From assembly GCA_964016885.1 (NCBI GenBank), contig OZ024743.1, forward strand, positions 94,798,001 through 94,862,000: a DNA stretch of 64,000 nucleotides. Reading direction: 5' to 3'. Made by a program: the position numbers and the translations under genes. Below are positions 13,355 through 25,041 of the stretch, piece after piece (the stretch's first letter is position 1; every line of letters begins with the position of its first letter). The DNA comes from Eledone cirrhosa. Its lineage: Eukaryota. The notes beneath the pieces are model-generated. The model was not told the origin of the DNA, did not search any database, and saw only the letters and a list, made by a program, of their open reading frames with translations.

Positions 13355-14049
13355 AAAAGGACTGCCAACAACTTCCAGGCCTGGAACAATGACGTGCCGG
13401 CGTTGTATGGGCTTCGAAAAGACCATAAAACGGGCTGTTTACTTAAAGGGAGATAATCTTTGAATATTTTCATATTTCATAAATTATTATTTTATGTCCT
13501 AGGTCGAAGGCAAATAATCGATCAAATAGTTTCGGTTACTCTCGGGTCCTTTTAGTTTACATATTGAGACCCCAACCCACCCTATTCATTTTGTAACGTA
13601 TGTGATTTCGGGTAATGTACTATTTCAGTCATATAAACGACAGGGGGGGATGGAACAGGAGCGGTCGGTATGGACACATTTGAAAAATTAACAAGCGGGG
13701 TGTCGGGGAGGGATTGTTCGAGACCCGTGAGTAGGTGAATATTAACATAGTAACGATATCTCGGTAGCGCTAGTTTACTTAAAGGGAGATAATCTTTGAA
13801 CATTTTCATATATAATTTATTATTTAGGATGCTTTCCCCAATCATATGTTAAAGGGAGATAATCGGTAAAAGGTATCGGTTAAAAGAAATTTCAGAGTAT
13901 ATCAATTTAAGCCAAATTGAATTTAAATCACCTATATCAAGCTAAATCAAATCAAATCAATATCATTATCTATATTCAGAATTGGTTTGATCTTTTTAAT
14001 AAAATTCTTTTCTTCTATGAATTTGTTTTGCGAGATTTCTTATCTTGTA

Positions 14050-14300
14050 ACAGATATTGTTATACTTTGGGTGGGTCGTGTTGTCAATAAGAATACACGC
14101 ACATGTCAGTTTTCACTTCAATTTATCATAAATTTCCGGTTGATGGGTTGGTTCAGTAACCGGAGGATTGTTTATATATTGTCAAAGTTCTTTCGTCACA
14201 CATTCTGTAACCTTTTCAGTGACTAGGTTGTTTTATTTTGTGTGTAGCTCCTTTGTTCTGTCCTGCACCATCTTGTTTTTGTGTGTTCTTTTCTTTTACA
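14050..14300 (-). mobile_element. Solo, diverged PLE pLTR related to the 11.1-11.4 kb pLTR, with a degenerate HHR at 14181-14223
   Basis: Alignable to 11095-11380. The HHR core reads CUGAAAA (G8 to A) and stem II GUUACA/UGUGAC still pairs. Confidence 0.75.
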
Positions 14301-15411
14301 TTTCTTTCAACTTCATTTGAGTCCTGAAGTTTATAAAATAGGAATATTATTATTTTTTTAATGCGTCAGTTTCCCAAATGACTACTTAGGGTCTTTGATC
14401 TGTTGATGGTGTACTGATGAATGTGTGTATTGTTTATATGGACCCGTAACTCCTGGAGGAACCATGGGTGTCGCCTTTGCCATTTTGTTAGCGTGGCATG
14501 GCTGAGGCACCGCTTAGACTAAATTATAGTATCTGTCCCTCCCCATTTCCCTTTCAATCGTTGCTTGAATATTGGTTGCTACGAGACGTGTAGAATACTC
14601 TATGCTGAGTAAATATAACAATCAATTGTTTCTTTTATCCTGGACATCCTGCTTGACGCATCTACTGGCTCATCTACAGCGAAGTCAAAGGAAGTTCTAG
14701 CCAGACAAAGCTATAACGCCGAAGCAAATCAATTAAACCGTTGATTGAAGCTATACCTACATATAGAATTAGAGAGAAAGTGACGTCCTCTATCAACTAA
14801 CTTACCCTGTGGATCCCGGTCGACAAGATGGAGAATACATTGCCTCGAAGGTCGGTGAGGGAGATGCGCTGGAACAGCCATTCCACCATGCGGGGATCGC
14901 ACCTGAGGAAGGCCAACCCCGCTCCAATAGCAGTGAGTAGGAATGTGGTCTGGGGATAGTGGGGGTGACAAGAATGCCGGAAATCTCCACTGCTACAGGC
15001 CCTATCACAAACCTATCAGAGAGCGGCCGTTACTTTTCTTGATTTAAATCCAAATAACGTTTACAATTTCCGCGTATGATTTTAATGTATAAAAATAGGA
15101 AAATATATGATGTAATATTATGTTTATTCAGATTCATAATAAAACTCAATTATAATTCTTTGTATGAAAAATAAATAATTATTTTGATAAATGAATAAAT
15201 GATTACAAAAGGTAACGAAATGAAAAAGTTCATGTGATATTCTGTTCAAAATTAGCACCGGATTTCGTAAATATATATAGATATATCTCACCATATATTT
15301 ATTTATATATCTGTTTACTATTGTTAAATAGTGTTCCATATTTCTATCTTTCTCACCATTCATTCTCCATATACACAACCATTTATTCATCAATCAATCC
15401 ATCCATTTTTT

Positions 15412-15470
15412 CTTCCATCCATCCATCCATCCATCCATCCATCCATCCATCCATCCATCCATCCATCCAT
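15412..15470. repeat. (CCAT)n microsatellite
   Basis: Direct reading. Confidence 0.95.
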
Positions 15471-15626
15471 TCAATCCATACATCTTCCCATCCTGCAATC
15501 CATTCTTACGTTGACTGTTGTTAAATGATGTTCTCTCTTAAACAGTACAATTCAAACGTCTTTTGAAACTACACGTTCAAATGTGTAGTTTCATTAGGAA
15601 TGTTGCTTAGTAAAAATGTTGCTGGG

Positions 15627-15826
15627 TTAAAATCTATAATGACAGTATCCACGAATACATCTTTTTGTAATGGGGTCAAACCTTCTACCATAGCCACAGG
15701 AAGCCATAATATATCTGCCATATGCACAAATAGCATAATGAGAACATATTTGTAAGCAAGGCTGTTTGTCTCTCGATTTACAATCACATCCTTTAGGAAC
15801 GACACATTTTTTGTTGATGTAACATT
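15627..15826 (-). CDS. Tyrosinase coding exon 4 (chitin-binding-like Cys module); not in the ORF track
   Basis: Polypyrimidine tract and ACAG| acceptor, in phase with exon 3. Encodes KCYINKKCVVPKGCDCKSRDKQPCLQICSHYAICAYGRYIMASCGYGRRFDPITKRCIRGYCHYRF*. Confidence 0.85.
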
Positions 15827-18800
15827 CTGTAATAGAGAAAGAAGAAAGGTTAGCTGAAACAAGACAAATTTACGAAATAGGAAATATATATGTATAGAAT
15901 TAATAATCATTTATAAACCAAATGCTTTGGTGCTTATCGTCTCAAATTTACAAGTTGCGTGAAGCTGAATAGTCCTACAGCAAATATGTGATTAGATGGC
16001 AGATACAACCTGAAACTAGCAACATTTGTGTGTTTTTAAGCATACACACGCACTATATGCAAATGAGCATCGCCAACCAAAATTTAATAGGCAAACAGCA
16101 TATAAGCTTTTAGTTTATTCTTGTCTTATGACAGTGTATATAAAAGCATATCCTTATGTTTATGTATAATAATTTTAAAAGGTGTGAACATGTCACAGTT
16201 ATCTCAGCAGTGGTGAGAATGCCAGGTAGATATTTATGCATTTTATCCTTCAACAGTAACATATATTTACTTGCTACTGAGACAAAATCTGCTAAAACCT
16301 ATATAGTGTTTGCATGTCAATAATCCGCTAGTGAAAGGGAGATAATTAGGTAGCAATATCAGCGTTTTTCGCCACAGGGTTGTATATGTTTAATATATAA
16401 TAAACACAAATCTCGCCTTGAAATTTTCAAAAAGTAGGGATCATGTCACAGGTATCTTAGTATTGGTGAGAATGCAAGATAGCTATTTCCGGATTGTTGT
16501 CCTTCATCAGTGACATTTACTCACTCGCTACAGAGACAAAATGGGTTAAATCTCCTATGGTTTTTGCGTATGAGACATTAAATGGAGATGCTCATTTGCA
16601 TATAGTGTGAACATTACTGTTGAAAGGGAGATAACTATGTTGTACTAACACACACATTGTTCTTTGTCTTGTATGTTGAACCCATAACTTGTAGTAAAGG
16701 CATGGTAGTGTCATACAGCGTTTCTTGGACGTTTTTGAAACCTGATGGAGTCTACTCCACCCAAGGGCTAATTACAGTCAACTTCTTCCAGGGAGGGCGA
16801 GAGAGAGTGATAGAGTGAAGAAGTGAGTAAGAAATACAGAGGTAAAAAAATACGACACCAGTATTGGACTGGTATCTTTTATTATCGATGACGAATCGAT
16901 GAAAGGCCTAGTTGACCTCAGCAAGATTTGAACTGACAGAGTAGAGAGCCGGAATGAAGACTCCAAAGCATTCTATCTGACGTTCTAAAGACTTTGTTAA
17001 TTCGCCGCCTATTTATCTTGTAGGATACATTATATATTGTAACGAAATGTGAACCCATGAAAAACTAATGCTGTATGTCTGTTTTGGTATACGTCCTCAA
17101 ATATAAACATTCTTCACTACTCTAGTTACAATAACCTATACTGACCTATATTTGTTTATTTTAACCATGATATGGTCACATACACCCCCCTCCTTTGATA
17201 AACAGTTCTTCACACATCGACTACCCCTACCTTTATTAGACTACAACCATCACCATCTACCATATCCATAAGAGCTACTATCACATACAAATATACATAT
17301 GAGTGCACATTACACTGCTCTGAAAAGTTTAACATTATAAAAATAAGTGTTTCTACTTTTGGCACACGGCCAGCAATTACCCCAGTGCATTACTGGTACT
17401 TTATTTTATCGACCCCGTAAGGATGAAAGGCAAAGTTAACATCGGCTGGATTTGAACTCTGACCGTAAAGGGACGTAACTATGCTGGAAAGCATGTCCAA
17501 CCCTCCACCGATACTGCACATTGACCGCCCAATTCACTGCCAAAAAATAAAGGGTTCTAATTTAAGTAGAAAATCAGCAATTTGGGGAAGAGGAAAATCG
17601 ATTAAATCGACCCCAGTACTTTCCTGGTACTTAATTATATCGGCTTCTGGAAGGATGAAGGGTAAAGTTGACTTCAACAAGATTTGAAACGAGAACGTAA
17701 AGAACCGGAACAAGTACATGGCACTTTGTCCGGTACTTTAACCATTCTACCAATCAAAACATACATAATTACTTACTTTGAGATGTTGTTGTTGTTGGTA
17801 CTAGTGTTGTTGTTGTTGTCGGTACTGGTGTTGTTGTTGTTGTCGGTACTGGTGTTGTCGTTGTTGTTGTTGTTGTCGGGGTTGTTCTAGTTGTGGTTGT
17901 TGTTGTTGTTCGAACTGGTGTGGTCGTTGTTGTAGTCACATTACTGCTGGTAAATGGCCACCGGCTGTCATCACAGTGGAAAACAATTGGAATATTCTGG
18001 TGCTTCAGTTTCGGTCGAATCTGGTTGTTATAATCCCAGACCTTCATGTAAGTATCTGCGAGGGTTTTACCGTAGAAGGCAGTATCGTTACGAGTTATGT
18101 TCAAAAGTCCTATACATTCTGTGTATCTTGGTGGGTTGGAACCTGGAACTAAGCAAGATGGCCGACATATTCTTCCACATTGTTCCGTAACTGTTAGAAA
18201 TACGAGAGCAGCTCCTTTTTCGGGGTCTCTGATACCGATATAAGCTAGATCTGATGATACAGCTAATCTACGGTCCACTACCACCATTTCTTCATAATTT
18301 CCAAAATAATTGATGCCACTGGCTTGAACATTCACTCTTCCTGCTGGTCCACAACACTTATTCATCCGACAAGTAGAATTACTGGACGAGGAATTTTTGG
18401 ATAGACTGTTGTCGTATATATCATTCAATAAGTTTGGTTGACCATTTACGATTGGGAAATTTCCAAATCTCATCGTCTCGTAAGGTCGTTCGTAAATTAT
18501 TTCGATCGGAATAAATGCCCATTCTTTTAAATCACACACACGGTTGATACAAAACATATTTTGATAGGGAATGAGAGTATTACAACGAGTTGTTGATTTA
18601 GATTTTGTTACACATCTTCCATTTTCGCATGTTAAGTATCGAGGATTACAAAGATTTGGATTGTAAGTACAATTTCCAAGTAAGTAATCATAATCATATC
18701 TGTAAATACCAGTGTAACTTTGAGTTACTTTTAATGCTTCTTCGACTGTTAAATTCATAATGCCAATACTTTGGTTGGGAGCATAAATATCTAAACCAAA

Positions 18801-19698
18801 ATCTGTAGGATAATCTGTTGCAGGATCGATGTTGTTTTTCTTTTGGTTTTCATTGAAACGTGTGTGAACAAGTTCTACATAACTGTGAAGTAGAAAGAAG
18901 AAAGGATCCATGGGTGCAGATGGAATCATAGACATATGTCCTCCAACAGAAACGTGCATAGAATTATGCATAAGTTCAAAGTTATAGCGTCGGTCAGCGT
19001 TTGGTTCTGATATTTCTTCGAGTTTCGTTCGAGTGAGAACATCTTCGATATTACGATGTGTTGGCAAAGTTGTGCTGAAACCTCCATTCCTTACTAGATG
19101 ACCAGATGGTGTGGTCCAATTAGCAAACGGTCCACGATTTACAAATCCATTGACTGTTCCCATGAACGTGTCCGACCAGATAATGGAATCTCGAGGATTA
19201 GAAAGAGAAGCATCAAGAGTTGGATCCCAAAATGGAATTGCTACAGTTGGTACTTTTGTACGAAGAGCATCTTCCATCCTGAAATTTAAAAATAAAAACC
19301 ACATTAACATATTTCTAATGACATATTTAATGAATGAAATATTACGAGGGATTTATTTAAATTATCAATTATTTTAATTATTAAGATCGTATTTGTTTCA
19401 AAACTTATCTAACGGGCTTAAATAAAATTTATATAAAATTCTCCGAATTGAGAGATCACAGCTCCGATACTATAGGCATGTGGAAGGAATGTCTCAGGAA
19501 AGAATCGCTGGACAGATTTTACGGCCAAAACCAACCGGCAGGAGGCCCAGGAGTAGACCCGAGCATGATGGTCGGACCACATCCATGAGCCTGGCTGGTT
19601 TCGCTTGAGGATCCAGTCGGATCAGTTGGAGATGGTTGCTTCTGACAGGACCGACTGGAATGAGTGTGTGACGACTCTGCCTTCACGACCCTCTCAGA

Positions 19699-19744
<46 letters not shown>

Positions 19745-20882
19745 TGTTTGTGTATGTTGTGTTATGTTGACCTAGGATTTTGGATATAAAATAGTAGTAA
19801 TCTTCGTTTTTTTTCATTAATGCTTTATTTTAACATAGATGGAGGAAAAGACTATGAAAGGGGACCAAAAGGGAAATGAAAAGAAGAAAAAAAGAAGAAT
19901 CAAGCAACGAAAGAAAGGGAAAATGGGGGACAGATACTACACCCCAGTTTGAGCAGTGCCTCAGCTGCGCCCTGTGGACAAAATGACAAAGGCATATACC
20001 ACGGAGAATGGCTAGAGATACCCGCTACAACAGCCATCCCATCTCACGGGGCTTCCTCCTCGAGCTAGCTGCTGTCTTTCCGATAAGCATTGTGGGGACC
20101 ACGGACATCAGAGGTCTCGACGGACACCGGTACAACGAAGAAGCGGTTGGTCAGGACCCGGTATTAAACTACAATTATATTTCATGCCTTGCGGTATTCA
20201 TTTTGGCTATCTTCTCTCTGAGTTCAAATCCCGCCGAGGTCAACTTTGCCTTTCATCCATTCAAGGTCGAAAATAGTACCAGTCTAGTACTGGGATCGAT
20301 ACTTCCTCTATATATCTTTCTCACTTTCATTCTCTCACTCTATCTTTCTCTGGAAGAAATCTGCTTTATTCAGAACTAGGGTGGAGACGGGCTCTGTCAG
20401 GTTTTAAAAAATACCATAGAATCACTGTATGTCAATATGGGGCTCCTACAAGTCCCACACAAGAACAACTGTTAAAACAGCAAAATGCCGACAATATTCA
20501 TGGAATAATGGCGAAAAATCAGCGCAAGAGTAGCTGTTAAAACATGGTATTTAACGGCATTTTGGTGTTAACAGCTATTCTTGCGATGAGTTATATTTTT
20601 CATTATTCTATGAATTCTAATATTAAAGTTATTAGCATAATATTACAGTAGAAAAAATAAGTAATTGGAAAATACTGAATTATTTACATTTTTAAATAAA
20701 CTCTGTGCCAGGTGAGGAATACAGGACCATTGTGAGCATTTCTGGCAGTTGCACCTGTATGGAGGAAGGCGATAGCATCGTAAACATTTGGTTCCATGCT
20801 CTGTAAGATAAAGAAAGAGATATAAGACATTACAATCATTGAAACAAAGTATGGAGGCAGGTGTATATATATACACACACAC

Positions 20883-20929
<47 letters not shown>

Positions 20930-22509
20930 ATTACTTCTCTCGTAAGTGTACATATATATGAATATATAGTGAATTCTTTCTTTTTAAAACTTGTATCACT
21001 ATCAACTTATACACAACAGCAACACGTCTCTTCTCTTTGCTCTTCAACCTCTTAAAACGTATTGAAGCACAACTAGAGTGTCCTGCCGAGATTTCTTAAC
21101 TCCACCTTTTTTTTATCATATTTCTATTGAAATACATTGCAAATAATTTTCAATGAATTTATGAAAATATATTTTTTTAAATGTTGGAATTCAGTAAAAT
21201 AACGTTTTCATTAGTAAGCTGGTTACATAAAATTATGATGGAATGTTTCTATATAATTATGAATACTTTAAAGCGGACAATTTTATATCATAGAATAGGA
21301 GCTGTTTTAAGTATCAAAAGGGTTAAATGCTATAATTATACTTCTTCTAAATGATGCAAATGATGATATTGTACAAGTAAACACTTGATCAAATATAAAG
21401 ACTGTCTGAACAGAAGGTTATTGAGTATATAGCTCTGTAGCCGGCACGTTACAATGCAAATGATCCAGTAACTCACATACTTTACTAGCGTGTATTAAAT
21501 CGATCTGCTATGAATAATCCACTTCCACTCACGAAAGTATCTATATGTAGATAATATACTAGATTTCTCACTTCGCAGCATCCTCAACATCTGCTGGAGT
21601 GATAGAGCGATTTTGTTACCAGCATTGAAGTTCTTGAAGAGACAGAGAGCACCAATGCATGTTTCCCGAATAGAAAATCATCATCGCTGCATGGCGAACT
21701 CTTCATTTTCCACTGAAACAGAGGGATCCGCAGCAAATGTACAAGGGTTCTCTAAAGAAATCTCTTTAAGCATGTCATATTGATCACCACCAGAGGTATG
21801 ATATGTCCTCTGATCAGGTGATCTGGTGACATACCATCTGTCAATTTCCTCCTTCGAGAATGAATGGAGGACTGTTGATGAAGACAAAAGTCCGGGGAAG
21901 AAATGTAGTATGGTAACACTGAAACCAGAACAAAATTAGACTTACTCTTGCTTTAGTCGTGTTTGCCTATCTTACGTTTTTCTCGTCAGTTACCAGCGAG
22001 CCTACGATAGATGTGGACAGCCCCTTTCATAAATCTTCGTTAACGAAGTAAAGTCATGATACTAGTTTAGTAAAATATCAAAGTCTGTCAGTACTCTGAA
22101 CTTCTCTCAATAATATTCATATAAAAAAATAGAACCTTACCGTATCTTGTTTTAGAAGATGAATACTACGGTGGAAATCATATCTTTCTTGTTCACTGAG
22201 TTGTCTATATTCCTTCCTTACTCGGAGCATTATCATAGGATTTGGTTGTGATGTTTTTGGTTTATCGGTTGGTAGATTATAATTTAGATAGTTCGTTGTC
22301 CAATTAGGACATATTTTCGCCATTTGGAGCTGACCGATGCAATATTTCCATATATCGGCCTTCTTTTCAATTGGTGGATTTGTCGATTTGCATACATTCT
22401 CAAAACAGTCTGGAACATAGCTACCTATTTCTGGAACATAATACTGTATATCTGACTTCACGTTAACGAAAGCCAGCAATATGATGAATGCTAGGTACAG
22501 ACGATTCAT
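15627..22509 (-). CDS. Secreted tyrosinase-like protein with C-terminal chitin-binding (CBM14/peritrophin-A-like) module; join(22509-22141, 20800-20688, 19278-17777, 15826-15627), 727 aa
   Basis: All introns are GT-AG with consistent phases (0, 2, 1); the 2184 nt give 728 codons including the stop. Signal peptide MNRLYLAFIILLAFVNVKS. CuA: FLHTG...AHNGPVFLTWHR. CuB: FELMHNSMHVSVGG...DPFFFLLH. Confidence 0.9.
16471..16517 (-). ncRNA. Minimal hammerhead ribozyme in the last tyrosinase intron (sense strand); degenerate tandem copy at ~16218-16263
   Basis: AAUGUCA-CUGAUGA-A-GGA(CAACAA)UCC-G-GAAA-UAGCUA-UC-UUGCAUU. Stem III is palindromic and stem I has one mismatch. The repeat period is about 253 bp. 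Confidence 0.7.
17343..17755 (-). mobile_element. Two adjacent tRNA-derived SINE copies in the last tyrosinase intron
   Basis: Match to the SINE family at 5170 (tttctacttttggcac...ggatttgaactc). Confidence 0.8.
17777..17945 (-). repeat. Coding Thr-rich mucin-like repeat (PVPTTTTT, 24-bp units)
   Basis: Translation TTTTTTPVRTTT...PVPTTTTTPVPTTTTTLVPTTTT. Confidence 0.9.
17777..19278 (-). CDS. Tyrosinase coding exon 3 (CuB, Cys-rich domain, Thr-rich linker)
   Basis: Acceptor TTTCAG|G completes an ATG. Contains IPFWDPTLD and the CuB motif. Consensus donor CAAA|GTAAGT at 17777/17776. Confidence 0.92.
19440..19743 (+). mobile_element. RTE LINE 3' end with (TAA)n tail
   Basis: Encodes ...GHVEGM...GRRPRSRP.., homologous to 4255-4490 and 52310-52500, and ends in a (TAA)n run. 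Confidence 0.7.
20185..20300 (+). mobile_element. SINE fragment; similar copy at ~22875-22975
   Basis: ctgagttcaaatcccgccgaggtcaactttgcctttcatcc (B-box region). Confidence 0.7.
20688..20800 (-). CDS. Tyrosinase coding exon 2 (CuA site)
   Basis: Acceptor CTTACAG|AGC and donor AAAAT|GTAAAT; encodes SMEPNVYDAIAFLHTGATARNAHNGPVFLTWHRVYLK. Confidence 0.93.
22141..22509 (-). CDS. Tyrosinase coding exon 1 (signal peptide, RVRKEYRQLS motif)
   Basis: Acceptor TTTTCAG|CA ATG and donor ACG|GTAAGG. RVRKEYRQLSEQER.DF..I..LK is the classic tyrosinase domain start. Confidence 0.92.
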
Positions 22510-22702
22510 TGCTGAAAATATAAGAAAATGTAAAACATCATTCAGACGAAAGCATGGCTGTTAAGGAGTCTACTTTGCAACCACGTAGTTCTAGGCTCTG
22601 TCACTCTGTGTGGTGCTTCGAGCAAGTGTTTTCTACTAGTGAAATTTGGTAGACAGAAATTACAGTGTGTCTGTCTGTCTATATGTTTGTTTGTTTGTGT
22701 GT

Positions 22703-22823
<121 letters not shown>

Positions 22824-24338
22824 TATCTCCGTATCTTTGTTTACGTTTATGTTTGTGTGTGCAGTATTTGTTCCAGCTCTTGAGATCATTAGCTCAATCC
22901 TCATCGAAATCAACTTTGCCTTTCATTCTTCCAAATTTGATAAAACAAAGTGTCAGTTCAATACAAGGATCGATTCTCTACCTCCTCTCTATTTCTCTAG
23001 AAGAAGTCGGTTATGTTCAGACCTAGAGAGAGATGGGCTCTGCCAGGTTTAAAGTGGATGTAACGACGAGACTCCACCAGGAGTTAAGAGCTCAAAAGAC
23101 GCACACTTATGGGATTCAACTCACATATTTGCTTCTTTTTATGGCTTACACTAAAACTAACCTGGGCGGGATTTGAACTCATCCATTTACACAATAATAA
23201 TTTCAATAAATGCTGGAAAGAACGAGTTGATCTTGGTAAATATTGGTTTCAAATGTTCTAATTGAGGCGAGTTTAAAGAAATACCCTGTCTAATCGAATA
23301 TCAATTCAAAATTAAGATATATAACACTGACATTCTCCCTCTACCTATTTATGTATTATTTTGTTACTTGGTCTGCAAAACAAACTTCGAAAATTGAAGT
23401 ATTTCAAAACCATGTCATGAGATTTATTACTGGTAAACGCCTAACAGACAGAGTTAAAATATTATTGTACATCTACGAGAAATGATACAACAATGAGCAG
23501 TTTTTGATAGTAATTCTCTCAAGTTGTTTTGCTACGTCAAATTTTCTATTTGTTGTCTCCCGAAAATCTTTCTGAAGAGGATATTATATCTTGAAAGAGA
23601 AATTAGGACGCTCCAATGTATATGAAGAGATCAGACCCTAAAATCTGCTTAGAGCATATAGTACATGAAAAGCGAAAATGAAGACGCCTCACTGATAGCT
23701 GGAGACACCATTTCCTAAAATGGTCTTAATCCAAATCATGGAAAGAACTCAATAAAATGACAATGAACAGAGAGAGAAATGGAAAAAATACGTTCGTAAA
23801 GTTTCATACTCTACTACCGGAAACGGAAATAACGATTACCAAGCAGATTGCTAGATTTCTTCAATCGTGATTCAGTGAGACGATTATTATATTTTTGTTT
23901 GCTGTTACTAATACAATGTTTTGGAGTCTTTTGAGGTGGGAGAAATGAGATAAGATTGAGTGATGTTTATGAAGAAAATATCGGAGTTATTTGAATTATC
24001 TCTACAATCCTCACGAAATTATTTCAAAATAATTAGCCATTTTGTCTCTATTGTGGGGTCGTTTACAATTGCTAACGTCTCTCTTGGGAATCCAGTCAGT
24101 TCTGTAAAGAGCGTTGTTTTAAATTATTGGACCTATTGTAGTATATTACTGGTATAGATTTAACCAAGCGTAATGTAAGTTAAATCAAAGGTAACCAGAA
24201 ACATCTGTGAATTGATTTAAATAGCAATAACTTCATAATGTATTGACACTAGTAAGACATGGAGATGGTGTTGTATAAATTAGAACTTCAGTTATGATAT
24301 TGCTGTATGAACTTGTCATAATACAGTAAGACTCTTAC

Positions 24339-24420
24339 CTTCAGTTGGTTCTTAACACTTCCAGAACAATGTAGCTTGACAAAGTGATATGAATTCTTAA
24401 ATAGTTACGGTATATATATA
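24339..24420 (-). promoter_or_regulatory. Candidate TATA box (24411-24420) and short non-coding first exon of the tyrosinase gene (donor at 24339/24338)
   Basis: The ATG lies 2 nt after an acceptor, so a 5' UTR exon is needed. A strong donor GAAG|GTAAGA lies about 70 nt downstream of TATATATA. Confidence 0.5.
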
Positions 24421-24968
24421 GAGAGAAATAGAAATATTTGGAAATACCAGAATCTAATTAACTCTATGCCTATTGTTGGTATATATAATAACACATGGGA
24501 ATCGATGAATTAATTGCATGTTTCATGCTCTCCCACACACACTGCCCATCCCACAATTGTTGCAATCAAACGTCCTTTTACAGTTGTTGATATCACTCGA
24601 TACAACACGTGCTTATAGTAATCTTACATCAGTCAATGCTGTCCATCCCGGAACTCTCAGTTTATGACGAAATGCATTGCATTGAATATTTTTGAAACCC
24701 GTTGTTCAGGTTGTGGACTTTCTTTCCCACATCAGTCTGCACCAAGCAGACATATGGTCAAAGGCGTTCCATTCGTGACCATCCCATCGTTCTTTGTTGT
24801 TGTATATATATTTTAGGATTACATTGGACAATGTGTTCTCCCGTTTTATAACGGAGGGAATTTGACTATGAAGTTTGTACTCCGTGGTTTGTAACTAACT
24901 TTTTAGTTGCAGCCATGTCATGAGTCCTTAAACTTTTGTTGGAGAGAGCCCATACCTCTCCAAGTTTG

Positions 24969-25002
<34 letters not shown>

Positions 25003-25004
25003 GG

Positions 25005-25041
<37 letters not shown>

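Larger units (their letters stand above)
7524..13438 (-). mobile_element. Penelope-like retroelement (probably Neptune-type), partial tandem array with pLTRs and a short 5' inversion
   Basis: RT motifs PTDKSGR, LYGLRKDHK, GSMDVVSLYPSID, GAAIG, RYVDD. GIY-YIG endonuclease (VVYSIRC...YIGETARS) preceded by a Cys cluster. The pLTR is repeated at ~7970-8147 and ~11125-11500. Segment 13355-13438 is an inverted copy of the RT region. Confidence 0.93.

Noticed and set aside
14620-15010. GC-richer segment with short ORFs
   Set aside because: No recognisable motif or splice-consistent frame. Probably an old TE fragment, left uncalled.
15569-15910. 113-aa ORF in the track (MIINSIHIY...)
   Set aside because: Wrong frame. 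The same DNA encodes the Cys-rich final tyrosinase exon in another frame with matching splice phase.
17777-17945. CRISPR-like or regulatory repeat array
   Set aside because: Coding Thr/Pro repeats with no unique spacers, in a eukaryotic context.
23565-23610. CTGAAGA-GGATA/TATCT-GAAA motif
   Set aside because: No stem III/UH site or stem I partner; probably chance.
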